A program made the translations under genes and the position numbers. 64,000 nt of DNA from assembly GCF_001194135.2 (NCBI RefSeq), contig NC_068997.1, positions 11,989,111-12,053,110 on the forward strand. The letters run 5' to 3'. The DNA is from Octopus bimaculoides. Its lineage: Eukaryota. The notes under the pieces were generated by a model, which saw only the letters and a list, made by a program, of their open reading frames with translations, was not told where the DNA came from and searched no databases. Below are positions 42,003 through 55,787 of the stretch, piece by piece. How positions within the stretch are numbered: the stretch's first letter is position 1; each line of letters opens with the position of its first letter.

Positions 42003-42316
42003 TAATATGTATTATATCTCTTAATTTGCCCGCATACAACAGAGCGTAGTGTCTGTCCGTACTCCAGTCGTTGCTGAAATATCTAATTTTCCCAGACGCC
42101 ATTTTATCTTTTTCTGCATTTCAGTACATTTTACAGACATAGAAATGCTATTCCTTTGTTATGAAACTGGAAATTTCATAGTCTTATGACAAGTTAAGTA
42201 TAAAACAGTCTCATTCATAAATGTAATGCAAACTTTTACTAAATACAGTCCAATCTTTTTATTAAATAACTTCTGACATAAATTTGCCAAAAACCACTTC
42301 AGAACATGGATTGAAT

Positions 42317-42357
<41 letters not shown>

Positions 42358-42395
42358 CGGATAAACTGGCAACATGACCATCCCCAAATACAATA

Positions 42396-42447
<52 letters not shown>

Positions 42448-43125
42448 TAAAAAGTTATTAAAATGCCTTGATGATGGTGGTAATACACACACACACACGC
42501 GCTCATATATACATAGATATATATATATATATATATATACCTGTATAATGTACAATTATACTTAGCAAAAAAGTTATTTTGCCTATATGCTGAAAGGATA
42601 CGCCGAATACGTCTTACCACGTCAAATATTCACTCCACAATTGCTTACACAGGTTATAAGCGGAAACGCAGGCTGGGTAAAAATCCATTAGTTTGCCGAC
42701 TTTTCCTTCATCAGTAAATCACGCTGGGCCAAATAAATGAAATATCCTTATATACGTAATTCCGTGTGAATTCCGTGTGAATTCTTCAGGACTTCATATA
42801 TTTCGTAGAGTAATTAATAACATTAATAATGATGAGGAAAGGAGAGATGTTTCACATTCATAAATTTTATAAGAGTTATTTACTACATACTCTCCGAACC
42901 TATACGTGTTTCAACTACAGCGTCTACGCATTGTTGGATATACCACCTTTCACTATCGTCGGGGTAGTTTATTTTTAAAACCATGTTTCGTTTCACCTTA
43001 TGCGATAATAGGAGTGAATCCCAGTTCAAGATTCATATGACTATTAATAGTAACACCTCTACCCTCCACTAAACACCAACAAATAGGCACTTTATTCATC
43101 CAGTTTATTTCGAAACGGTTTAGAG

Positions 43126-43456
43126 CTGTGGTTCTCAAACGGGGTGCATATGGCTACCTGAGGGCCCATATAAGATTTTTGGGATTCCACAAAACTAAGT
43201 AGTAAAGTTGAGATCAACATAGTATTTTAAGGGCCTCTGAAAAATTTTGCTTTAGATGTATGTTTTGTAATTTATTGGAAGAAAAGGGTTTTTTTCTAAC
43301 ATTTTACATAGTTCAACCTACACAAGTGAATGTGTGAAAAACAAAATAGAAATTTTGAAAGAAGTTTCTATAAAACTAGTCGAATGGTTATGGGGGTCCA
43401 CCATCATAAAATTGTAACCAATGGGGTCCATTGATAAAGAAAGTTGAAAACCCTTG
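43126..43456. mobile_element. hAT (Charlie-type) MITE, 331 bp
   Basis: Ends ctgtggttctcaaac and gttgaaaacccttg resemble the CAG.GGTTCTCAA TIR. Flanks gtttagag (43118-25) and ggctagag (43457-64) are an imperfect 8-bp TSD (6/8) with the TAGA core typical of Charlie targets. Confidence 0.8.
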
Positions 43457-44113
43457 GGCTAGAGTAAAGGAATCCTGAGGAAACTGCAGCGACGATGGTT
43501 CAAGGTTGCATATCCAGCATTGTGCAGTGATTGTAATTGAAACATATTCCGGAGAATTTGCTGTAAATAACTATTAAATAAAATTTATGGAAGTCAAACA
43601 TCTTCATTCGCCTTAACATTATTAATGTTATACATACACACAATCACACACACACACACACATTCACGCACAAACACGAGCCAAAGAGAAGTGGAGAAAT
43701 TCTGTTTCATTAATTGCTTTCAACATCAGAATAACAAATAGATATTTAATTTTGCATATGTGTAATTAAACGCTATACAGTAGTAATACCATGAATACGA
43801 AAATGTAATGAAGTTGTGGTTTAAATGGAATAAAACCTTCATTACAATTAGCATTAATATTATCAATAATAACTCAAAAACATGAAGAAAATTTGTAACC
43901 ACCAATCCTCACTGCTTCACTAAACAAAACCATATCTTTAAGTAATTTCTTAAATGCTTGTTTATCTATATTTCGTAAAAATTAATTTCAAAAGCATTTT
44001 AGAATTTGTTGCTCCATACAAATAGGAATATTCAGGAGAATTCATCAGTCTTCATTTGAAACTAACGAAATTTCAAAGTAACCACAAATTTATAGTATAT
44101 ATATATATATATA

Positions 44114-44159
<46 letters not shown>

Positions 44160-44463
44160 TAATAATAATAAATGGAGCAAAACGCATATAAATAAAAGTT
44201 CCTTTAATTCCTACACATGTTTCAAAATAAATGAGAGGTCTTTCACAAAGGAGTAAGATCTGATGGGATTCCTCATGTATTTCTCTTCAGGGAGTTCATA
44301 ATAAAACATATAATAGCAAGACAAAAACGAAATGATGAGGTAACTTACGAGCAAAGATATTACACGGACAGTGTAATATATATAGGTAAAGAATAAAAAG
44401 TTTTGAATGGTACAACAATGCACTATAATACAAAATATGGACTATATACCTGTTGTAATTTAG

Positions 44464-44631
44464 TTATCTATAGTCCGATGATATTTCGGAATACAATTCC
44501 TTCTTCAGATATTCGTAGATGGAGTCGCTGCTATAATCTGTCTTCCAACGGCTTTTGTTTTTCGGAAGCGTCTCAGTTGTGGTCTCACGAAGCTCCTTCC
44601 GGAATTCCTCATGAGAAGTGTGTGAGGTCGG
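44464..44631 (-). other. Unresolved GC-elevated 55-codon open frame; possibly a LINE EN-RT linker remnant
   Basis: PTSHTSHEEFRKELRETTTETLPKNKSRWKTDYSSDSIYEYLKKELYSEISSDYR*; loosely like the ..e..l.e.a.e.lp.k...W linker; poor splice acceptor. Confidence 0.25.
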
Positions 44632-45130
44632 CTATGTCTCAATCTCGTGTGTGTTGGTACATCTGCAGCGCGGCTTCTAAGTTTTTTCTCCATTTTCTTT
44701 GCATTAGTAAACCTTGCAAATACACAAATCTAGACGGAAAATAATCAACCATTATTATCTATATTGATTATTGAATTTAAAGTTTGCAATGATTAATCAA
44801 GAGTCCCCGGTTATATTTTACTAACGTATACAAGATGTTTGTTACGATATCCATAATATTTGCCAAATAACGTGTGTTGAATGAAATTTTTAGCAAAGAT
44901 AATGAAACAATAAAACTCAGCAAAAATTTCAGAACAAGGGTTAAAATTGTTTTTGTATAATAAATTTAATCTTATTGATTCAGAATTGAAATTACGTTTG
45001 AAATTACGATTTGTTGCACCTGCAGAAATAGATTAACGACTGCAAAAAAGAAAACCACCTTCATAGCTATATACATCGATTGTAGAAAACATTCATGTTT
45101 AATTTGTGCTGGGTAGTGATATATATACTG

Positions 45131-45171
<41 letters not shown>

Positions 45172-45174
<3 letters not shown>

Positions 45175-45336
45175 TCTTTACTCTTTTACTCTTAAACTTC
45201 TTTCAGTTATTTGATTGCGGCCGTGCTGGTGCACCGCTTTTATAGTCCACCAAATCGACACCAGAGTTTATTCTTTGTAAACCTAGTACTTGTTCTATCG
45301 GTATCTTTTGCCAAACCGCTAAGTTACGGGGACAAT
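45172..45336 (-). mobile_element. SINE family A, 3' portion with (TAAAAGAG)-like tail
   Basis: Reverse complement gtccccgtaacttagcggtttggcaaaagataccgatagaacaagtactagg...gcggtgcaccagcacggccgcaatcaaataactgaaaga...agagtaaaagagtaaagag. Confidence 0.85.
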
Positions 45337-47019
45337 GGAATTATAAAATGAGTTATATAACTGAGAAATTAATTAATTATACTCTGAGTTAATAAACTCC
45401 ATTCACATGGAACCCCGTCCTTCACCAAAAGGCAACTCCACCAGAGTGGCTACTGAAAAGGCGATTACCCTGGTAGTGCTCCAGCATGGGCACATCCTTA
45501 AAGATAGAAAAATAAGAGAAAATCATCATTTTGTGTAAGCAACAAGAAATTTTATAGAAGTTAAACTGTGATTATAGTATTTGTGCCAACTTTCCTGGTA
45601 GTGCCTAATGTATTTGGTGAGATAAATACAACACAGTATTACAACCAGAAGATTTGTTCCCCTTAATTGTAACGATACATATTACTTCATTTTACGATAA
45701 AGGAAATATAATAATTTTATTTGATTTGATATAAATCTAAACTGTTCTTTCTTTATCGAGTAAACAGTAAAAGACAGCAAAACATGCTAGAACTGATGTT
45801 GACGTTGATCTTAAATGAAAGATCCAGTAAAAAATACAACTGAAATTTGTTTTACTCTGATTATTACTATTTCATTCGAAACCATTGCAAAAATCCTTTA
45901 TGTGGTCGCTCAACATTCTGGAAATATTCGCTTCGTTTGATTCAGAAGACTCCTTGCTGTCTACAAAAAAATCTTGATGCTTGAATTGAATTAAATAATA
46001 TGCACTTCGAGATTGGACGATTAGAACTGGAACGAGCTTCATCATGGGTCCACTCAATCATTGCGTATTTATTGCTATGCGTGGTTCCCTTTTGAATTTT
46101 CACTTTGAAGTTTGATTATAACTATATAAACAGCGTATTTAGATAGTACGGAGTAAAATCCATTTCGAATAACAAATGAGAAGGTTTATAGTTTTTAATC
46201 TTTCGATGGAATTGTCCAATAAACTATTCAACCAAAGAAATTTCCGGACAATTAAATAATTAGATTTAGATTAACCTTTACCTCTGCATTAAATTTGCCT
46301 CTCCACTAAAATCATTGGTACTAATCACTATTCTCAATATTTAATTTCTGCATAATGGGATGGACTGAAAATTAGATTATTTCAATTTAATAGCCAATAG
46401 AACTACTTGTATCTGTTTAAAGCTTGAATGTTGGAAATATGTATTCAGGCATGTAGTTATACACTACATTATCTGGCTTGAAAAGATATCGTATAAGAGA
46501 ACATGCAGTATTCATCGGAGTATGTGAACATTCTTTAATCATCCAGAAGTAATTAAGTCTGTATGCGATGAATTAGAGGCAGAATACGTTTATATTCGTA
46601 TACACGGTCTAATTATATCAATATAACAGATTTTACAGACAGAATGTTACGATGCTATCTGAATATGCAACCAAACTATGTAAACAAGAACCCTAATATA
46701 CTGGTGTTTAAAACAGGGTTAAACATTCGGCTTGAGAAATGTTTCGGATAACTAGCTGAACAATCGATTTTATTTTCGTATGTCATCCGTGCGGAATATC
46801 ATAGATCCCAGCTAGTTCAGGTGATCGTGGTGTAAATCGCGTACATGAAACAGTCGTGTCTGTGATATAAAAGTACTAAAATACCAACAGAATTTTTTGT
46901 GTTGAATATTTGCAAAGACAAGTCGGAAAAGTGTCCGCATCTGATATTAAGCTTGCAACTAGCGACTATGGAAACTCAGCCAATTTGTTGATATTTTATT
47001 TATTCATTTATTATTTATT

Positions 47020-47030
47020 TATTTATTTAT

Positions 47031-47062
<32 letters not shown>

Positions 47063-47063
47063 A

Positions 47064-47099
<36 letters not shown>

Positions 47100-47112
47100 C
47101 ATCATCATTATT
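47020..47112. repeat. (ATTT)n/(ATT)n/(ATC)n microsatellite
   Basis: Directly visible. Confidence 0.95.
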
Positions 47113-47124
47113 ATTTTATATTAA

Positions 47125-47700
47125 TAGCTTTCCGAGGTCGTCTCTGCTTTTCATCCTTTCGGAGTCGATAAAATAGGTACCAGTACAGCAAAGAGGTCGA
47201 TGTAATGGACTTACCACCTCTCCCAAAACTTCTGGCCTTGTACCAAAGTTTGAAACTGATATTAGTAACTCTTGTATGACAGTGCGCTAACAGAATCGTT
47301 AAACACGACGGGCAAATTGCTTAGCAGTATTTCGTCCGACTTTATATTCTGGGTTCAAGTTCCGCTAAGGGCGATATTTGCCTTTCGTAATTTCGGTTCG
47401 ATATTATAAAAACGAAAAAAAAAGTACTGGGGCCGATAGAATCGACTAGCCCCCCTCCCTAACATTTCAGGCCTTGTATCTATAGTGGAAAGGATACTAA
47501 TAACCTTCGTAAGACGCAGAGCTGGCAGAATCGATCATCACACCGGGCAAATTGCTTAGCGGTATTTCGTCCGACATTATGGTTGAAATTCTTTTCATCC
47601 TTCCGGAGCTGATAGAACGTGTGTATTAATTGAGTATTCGGGGTCGATGTAATATCCTTTCGCCCTCCTCATACATTGATGGCATTGAGCCAAAATTTGA
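47125..47700 (+). mobile_element. Three head-to-tail SINE family B copies (47125-47262 partial, 47278-47497, 47507-47700)
   Basis: Each carries family B head and/or central ttttcatcctt..gg..cgata motifs. Confidence 0.8.
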
Positions 47701-48655
47701 AACACTCCAAGTTGGCTTACTGTTTTTCGTTCCACCAACACTGAGAACGTTGTACTTGAACCTGGTAACTTCATTCGGTCTTTTCACATCGCACCAGGTC
47801 GTAAATCTGGAAATTTAAGAAGTGATTGACTTTGTTTAGATATTTAAAGAAGGAGCTAACACGTTCGTGAAATACACATTTCCTCTTGTCTAACAAATAG
47901 CAAATCTAGTATGGTTTAGGGGAGCAAAATATTCTGCGTTATTGTGCAGAAGAAATATACAAGTAATTTAAAATGAAACTAAAAAAGATGATCTTGTAAG
48001 AATGCAGATAATAGATGAGACTTACAGTGGAGAAGAATAATGAATTACACGTTATGTGAAAAAAATGAAGTGCTCGATGAAATGGTGAGGTGCAGAATGT
48101 AACTTTGTTTACCTTTACTCGTTCGCAGACGAAAGATACCAAACTGGATTTGCCATTTCTTCCCCGGATGTTAATCAGTTTAGGAGGACGATTATACCGG
48201 AGTCATTTGCATCTGTGAACCATCCACTGAAGTTCACATTTTTATTGTCCAAGTATTTAACGATAGAAAATTAGAATGCAATTTAAGAGTGTAGAATATG
48301 TCTTTCCAAACGAGTGGTCTGGTGACTGAAGTATGTGTCACTTCTTCGTTTTTTAGTATTTTCTTTTTTTTTTTTGTCAACTGTGTGACACGGATAACTC
48401 AGGTGAGTCCAATAAACAGACGAACTGTTACTGCTTGTAATAATTTAATAAGTACTAATAATCAAATGGAATTCATAACATGAAACTAATACTGGGTCGG
48501 GTCTAATCAATGGAATTAATGTATTAAAACAAGAACATTTTATTATTTGTCTGTCGTCTTGATTGTAATAGAAAATTGCAAATTTCATGGTAGGTGGAAT
48601 AAAATAGTATTCTCAAGGGAAACATTTAATCGTTGATATCAGAAAATATTTTTCT

Positions 48656-48726
<71 letters not shown>

Positions 48727-49160
48727 ATATATATAATACAGAACCCAGAAACATGTGAGTACTCTAAGCTGTACTGGATTTGTTATTTGTAAACAAGAGG
48801 AAATGTGTATTTCACGAACGTGTTAGATGTTGTTTTATGAAGAAAAACAAAACCTCCTTTAAATATTTAAACAAAGTTATTCACTCCTTAAATTTCCCGA
48901 TTTATTACCTGCTGATGCGGCGGGAGAAGACCGAATGAAGTTACCAGGCTGAAGTGCTACGTTTTCAGTGTTTGTACTACATTCCGAAATCATAGTTATG
49001 AGAAGTGGAACGAAAAACAGTAAACTAACTTGGAGTGTTTCAAATTTTGGCTCAAGGCCATCAATGTATGAGGAGGGCGAAAGTATCTTACATCGACTCG
49101 CAATACTCAATTAATACACGTTCTATCAGCCCCGGAAGGATGAAAACTATTTCAACCTCT
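47580..49160. repeat. Long imperfect inverted repeat: arms ~47580-47915 and ~48772-49160, spacer ~860 bp
   Basis: Shared blocks such as tttcgccctcctcatacattgatgg, gagccaaaatttgaaacactccaagtt, cctggtaacttcattcggtctt and ctaacacgttcgtgaaatacacatttcctcttgt occur in opposite orientation. The ORF track shows paralogous peptides 47630(+) and 48877(-). Confidence 0.92.
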
Positions 49161-50620
49161 GAAAAGCACAATGCTTTGAATGTGATAATCGTGTACAGAT
49201 TATAGTTATACGAGCGGGTGCTGAAATATTCCTGGCTTTGTATAGAAGAAAATGCAGGAAGATCAGTTAATTGTGATTTTATACAACATATTCTCCTCTC
49301 CATTCTTATTGCAGTGGTCTTTCGGTATTTCTAAGCCCTGTAATAGAACACGGAAGATTAGGCCTAGAATCAGGTCATTCGGGATACCCTTAAAATCAGG
49401 AACTTTCAGCACCCCGTCGTACGCATTTTTTCGTTTGATTTTCCATATTTATTTTTCTTTAGTGGGGAAAATGCAGGGTAGAACAATTTATAACGTATCA
49501 GACAACATGTATTTATATTCAGGTAGAAGTTGAATGTAACATTGCTCATTGTTGGTAGGCGATTAAATAGTCCCAATCGAGTGGTGCAGTGGATATAACA
49601 ATGAAACTCATATCCCGAAATTGTAGTTTTATTGCTGCATTAGAAACAGTACTTAAAAGTAGATTGTTGGAGAAGTGGAATACGTAATGTTGGAGAAACG
49701 GAATAAGTAATGTTTCCCAGCCTTCTACGTTCGATGCGACTGATTTCAGCTTTAGATCGTCGAGCTCATGTATATACTATGCACTATAAACGTGGGCAAC
49801 TATGATGAAAGTAGGAGAAACTATGATAAAGGAAAAACCCACAGTTGGGTATCCGATAAGCACGAAACTAACACGTTCAAATGTGTAAAACGTTTGCACC
49901 AAATAATTGGATGTGAGGTCTTCTGGTTGTTGAATATATATCTACCAAAACAACTTGTTGACAATTCTAGAGAAGTAGTCTCCATGTACCTGTGTAGACA
50001 TAGTAGTATCTTAGATACATGAGAGGTAATTTGATTTAGGTGGCATATAGCTTTGAAATACTAATAGCATCCGACAGTACACTCATAAATAATGCATAAA
50101 CGATAGAAATTTTGTCAATTTGTGCTGAATAGATAATTTCATTACTGGGATATAGATTTCTAAACTGATAGCCAGCGCTCGTATTCACTTGTCCTAAATA
50201 ATCTGAAATAAAATGAATATTGTAACGATCAAATTCGTGATAGTGTTGACAATGACATTCCAGAAAGAGAAACCAAATATTACACAACTAAATGAATGAA
50301 CTATTTTCTTTCATTTTTAACATGGTAATCTGCATTTGGTATTTATCACTTGTCAAATAACATCAACAATGGCTCCACATAGGCTCTAATATAATTCACT
50401 TGCAGTGGATATTTGCTTACTTTCAGCTGATGCAAAGCATGTGTATTTCTACGCAGTTGCTGTTGAATATGCTTTGTCTATGGTTCAATATCGATGATGT
50501 TCCATTGTCCTTGATGAATTGAATTTGTAATTGAAGTGTACAGTTAACAAAGCATATAACTATATATGTGTATGTGTGTGTTTGTTCACGTGTGTAGGTG
50601 TGCCTGTGTGTATAGATACG

Positions 50621-50670
<50 letters not shown>

Positions 50671-50822
50671 TGTTTGTGTGTCTAAGTATGTCTATATGTA
50701 GACATTTCCCAATCGATAATGGTTTACAAAATTCGAAAGAATGATAAAAAATCAATTAAGAACAAACGTGCACCACATGCATACCTACGTATCTATCAAC
50801 CTTCAGGTATATATATAAATAT

Positions 50823-50869
<47 letters not shown>

Positions 50870-50891
50870 TGCATGTGCATACATACATATG

Positions 50892-50930
<39 letters not shown>

Positions 50931-51482
50931 NNNNNNNNNNNNNNNNNNNNNNNNNNNNNNNNNNNNNNNNNNNNNNNNNNNNNNNNNNNNNNNNNNNNNN
51001 NNNNNNNNNNNNNNNNNNNNNNNNNNNNNNNNNNNNNNNNNNNNNNNNNNNNNNNNNNNNNNNNNNNNNNNNNNNNNNNNNNNNNNNNNNNNNNNNNNNN
51101 NNNNNNNNNNNNNNNNNNNNNNNNNNNNNNNNNNNNNNNNNNNNNNNNNNNNNNNNNNNNNNNNNNNNNNNNNNNNNNNNNNNNNNNNNNNNNNNNNNAT
51201 ATATATATATATATATAGGTAAGATATATATCACTGTATGTCCGTGTGTGTCTGTGTGTATTTGTGTAAACGTAATTTCATGTGAACTTCCGCATAAGTA
51301 CGGTGACGCATGGACTGACAGATAATTCAATCTATTCAGCATCAACAAAGCTGACTTTGACTTCCAAGATGTGTTGTTCTGCACTTTTGTTTTTCGAGCT
51401 GCTTTTTCTATACTCTCTCATATATATATATATATATATGAGAGAGAGAACAAGAGAGGGAGAGAGGGAGAGAGAGATAAAT

Positions 51483-51622
51483 ATGTAGCTTGCTTACCAA
51501 CCTCATGGTTCCGGTTTCAATCCCACTGCGTGGCACCTGGGGCAAGTGTATTCTACTATAGCCTCGGACCGACCAGAGCCTTGTGAGTGGATTTGGTTGA
51601 CGTAAACTGAAAGAAACCCGTC

Positions 51623-51654
<32 letters not shown>

Positions 51655-51672
51655 TTGTGTGTCTGTGTTTGT
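51483..51672 (+). mobile_element. SINE family A, running into a gap
   Basis: gtagcttgcttaccaacctcatggttccggtttcaatcccactgcgtggcacctggggcaagtg...gccttgtgagtggatttgg. Confidence 0.9.
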
Positions 51673-52621
51673 NNNNNNNNNNNNNNNNNNNNNNNNNNNN
51701 NNNNNNNNNNNNNNNNNNNNNNNNNNNNNNNNNNNNNNNNNNNNNNNNNNNNNNNNNNNNNNNNNNNNNNNNNNNNNNNNNNNNNNNNNNNNNNNNNNNN
51801 NNNNNNNNNNNNNNNNNNNNNNNNNNNNNNNNNNNNNNNNNNNNNNNNNNNNNNNNNNNNNNNNNNNNNNNNNNNNNNNNNNNNNNNNNNNNNNNNNNNN
51901 NNNNNNNNNNNNNNNNNNNNNNNNNNNNNNNNNNNNNNNNNNNNNNNNNNNNNNNNNNNNNNNNNNNNTATATATATATTATTTATATATATATGTTAGG
52001 GTCGCTAGATTATCTCATCCAGCATGTGCAATGAGTGTAACTCCTTTTATTTGTTCATGAATATGTATGGTAATTTGAATACGTGCGTATTTACATATGT
52101 TATGTTACGGTAAATCTGATTTCTTCTGTCTTTAATCTATAATTGTCCTGTTTTATGTTTGACTTGACATACTCTGCATCACCTTTCGTAACACAAAGAA
52201 TTAATGTTGAACATTGATCACCATAAATGTTTAATTCACTCGCTAATTACCTGATAATGTTCGTTGGGCGTAACTATGTTGATCCCTTCCCTTTTACACT
52301 AGATATATCATATTCACATCTGTCAGCCAGAACTTGTGTATTAGCCAAATGTATTATTATTCGTTTCCCCACCCACTTCAGATTTATAGCCATTTCCAGG
52401 TAGTTTAGCCTTAGCTATTTCATAATTTGCTTTCTATGTCTCTTTTTCATTTTCGACTCATCTTCCTAGAAGTTTGGGGCGATATTTCCTTCTGGGAGCA
52501 TTCACTTACACACACAACCCACTCGCACTCACACGTAGACAGATTTGTACGTATTATATATTATTTTATTCTTTCATACTTTAACTTGTTTCAGTTGACA
52601 GATTATCTCATCACATCACAC

Positions 52622-52661
<40 letters not shown>

Positions 52662-52666
<5 letters not shown>

Positions 52667-52955
52667 GCGATGCTGGAACACCACCTAGTAAGGTTTTAAT
52701 CGAATAAATCTACCCCATGACTTTATTAAAACCTAATACTTATTCTATCGGCTCTTTTTGCCGAACAGCTAAGTTATGGGACGTAAAAACACCAAAACCA
52801 GTTGTCAAGTGGTAATGGGGTACAAAAACTGACACAAAAGCACACACTCACACATACACACACACACATACACACATGCACACACACAAACACACACACA
52901 CACATACACACACACACATATATATATGTATACACGATGGGCTTCCTTCAATTTT
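52662..52955 (-). mobile_element. SINE family A, 3' two-thirds
   Basis: atgctggaacaccac...tacttattctatcggctctttttgccgaacagctaagttatgggacg...gttgtcaagtg...acgatgggcttcctt. Confidence 0.8.
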
Positions 52956-54572
52956 TTGATGAAGTTAAATGGCTTAAAATTGTATACATAATTGCAATTA
53001 AATATGCAATTCATATCTTTATCAGAAACTCATCTTATTTGAATGTTTTTCTAAACCGTTTTACGTTTGTTATGGCTAGTTAGCCTCAGTCAATTTACGA
53101 TATTTTATAATACAGGCTGTCGTTAGATATTTTACGAGAGCTAAGAACTAAATAGCTGAGTGTATTTAGTTACATTCCTCAAAATTCAAATCTTATCAGG
53201 TTACTAGATCTGCTGAAAATAGCAACAATGCATTCCTCAAATCACACTTAGCGTCTCGAACAAGGAAGTGCAAGATAAACAATGCGGTGCTAGATATTGT
53301 GTATCTGGAATTTAAACGAGATGGTTACAAATGCAAAGCCTCTTATTATTGGTCAGCTCATTCCAAACACATTTGGAATTAAACAAGTACCGCGTCCGTT
53401 TTTAAGTCTTTATCCAGTTGTTTAATCTCTTTAAGGTCCTTTATGGTTATAAATTTAATATACCAATCTTTCATTGGTATCACGAATGAAACATGTGACC
53501 AGTTTTTATAAAAGGAAATCTTTATATGTTAAACTGTCAAATATAATACACAGCATTAGATTAAATACGGTGCTTGTCTTAATTCCAGTGTAGAGCATTA
53601 TCGTCTTTATTCTTCTTACTTGAAATATTTGGATGTCAGCTTGCAATAAAAGTAGATATTTCTGAATACGTGTTGAAACATTGACTGAGATTTGTGTAAC
53701 GAGAAAATCATTTTCAATTCATTTAATTACTAAGATATTTTATAGTGGAAACCATTTACATTATATTCTCATTATTCCTCAGTGAATAATAATTCACCCT
53801 AAATTTTTCACTTGTAAAATATTTCAATGCATTTTATGAACGTCCGCTTCACTAATTAGGAATATTGCGGTTTTAGGTATTTCAATGATATTCACCAGAT
53901 TCAGTATCAATTTCAAAATAATTAATGGTTGTGGAATCTTAAATCTTACATTAGAATTAATTAAAGCTTCACGCTCAATAAATTTAGTAAGGTGTAGAAA
54001 GATAATGGTTGACGCTCCATATTTTATTATAAACAGGAGTACGAAAATACACACGACATGGATGTCAAATCATATTTGATTTATGGTAAATATCGAAATA
54101 TCAGTGAAGGGTTTGTGCTAATTACATTTTTTCGTTTAAAAGTGCAAACGCGGAAGGAACTATTGTGCATTGGGCAAAATTGCATACGTCAGTCTTTCAT
54201 CCTCTGTGATTTGAGTTCGAATTTTTGCTTTACTTCATTTGAGGTTAATTACCAATGGGGTTTCTAAATGGTTATTCTACGCACAGAAAATAGCAGCCTA
54301 ATTTTTCTGAAACCACAAGTTACGTCTTTAAAAATCTGGTAATTTGTTTAATTTACACTGGCAAAAAAAGGAATGGATATGGTTGAATATTTTTGCTAAC
54401 CGATTGGTTCAATCGGAGCTGACCTTCTTAGTCCGCCCCAAGCCGAGATGGTCCCGACACTGGAGCTTAACTAAATTTCTGAGGTTTATTTGACTGAGAG
54501 CACAAAACTCCCACTTGAACTTGTCCCAAATACGTTGAAGGAGTAACTTCCATTTGCTTCTTGAATCCATGC

Positions 54573-54880
54573 TCAGTTGAGTGGAGAGGAGCAACGTGAA
54601 ATGGACTACCTTGTTCTAAGACACTGAGTGTACGTGATTAAGAAACAAAGGAAATGGGGACAAATGTTTAGTAGTTTTCAAGTGAATAGGGAGTGGCCTT
54701 GCAAGTAAAGTACTCACAGAGGCATCTAGTTTCAAAACATACACACGCAAAAGAAGTAGGGAATCCACTAAGAATTGAACCTGCAACGCTGACAAATAAA
54801 ATTTCAAATATTCATGCCTGAATCGAACACTCGACCTAATGGTCCGATCCCAACAGCCTTGAAAACTAACCCGCACAACT
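54573..54880 (-). mobile_element. Degenerate SINE family C fragments
   Basis: cagttgagtggagaggagcaacgtgaaatggactaccttgttctaagacac (54573-54625) and gaatcgaacactcgacc (~54820) resemble 37430-37520. Confidence 0.45.
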
Positions 54881-55687
54881 TTACTTAAGCTTGGTGTTGG
54901 CTAAACAATAGCAACGACTATTCTCCTTTGCTATAAAAATTTTTATCATGTTAATATAAACAAATCGATAAGTTAATGACAAGTATCGAAAATCATGTTT
55001 TATCTCTTTGTTGAAATCATTTCCCACTTCACTTGTCTCCGTCAAGTGTCTTTTGTAAAACTAGATGGCTCTGTAAGTAGCACTCTCGGTGAATAAAAAT
55101 TTATACTTTTACTGTTTAATCTGCTTCCAAATCACGCTTTAGGAAACTACTTCTGACATATTCGTCTCCACTTCACGTGTCTCAGGATTAGGTAGACACA
55201 GGCGGAAAGCACGAATCCGATAACGCCAACGAAAGCAAATGCTTCTGACTCTCTCGGCCCTCACTCGGGATACAACAAAATATTTTCCCATTCAAAAGGC
55301 ATTTTCTCTCTTCCCTCAACACTCAACTCTCTGAATTTGATAACTACTAACTTTCGGCTTCAAATCCAATATTTTAAATGTGATAGCGATTGTCGTCATC
55401 ATGATTACCAACTTAATGACAGCCAATATAATTTTTGCAAAACCAGATTACTCGAGGCCTACTTCGTTGATCTCAAAACATGAAGTTCCTTTTTAGATAT
55501 TCATCATAAGTAGTATTTTATGGTGGAGTTGTACTTGTCTAGTAATTGCATAGTAGAAGATTTATTTTAGGTATTAAATAAAATACAAAACTGTTGACTC
55601 TACATTTATTTGTTGAGATACCAACATTTTCGACGCACCGCTGTAACCTCAGTGATTAGGTCACAGAGGCATGGTAAAACAAGTTTT

Positions 55688-55787
55688 GATGTCCTCAAAG
55701 ATTAATTGAACAATAGTTTATGTTTCTAAATGGCTAAGATATATTTGACAATCTCTAGGATATTCGATTGTTTGAGGACACCCTGTA
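55688..55787. mobile_element. Possible tiny Tc1/mariner MITE remnant
   Basis: tttgaggacaccctg+TA (55771-55787) is the reverse complement of a CAGGGTGTCCTCAAA-type TIR; a partial partner gatgtcctcaaa lies at ~55688. Confidence 0.35.

Noticed and set aside
45872-45970. Minus-strand protein-like stretch DSKESSESNEANISRMLSDHIKDFCNGFE after an acceptor
   Set aside because: Weak donor, no homology and no supporting neighbours.
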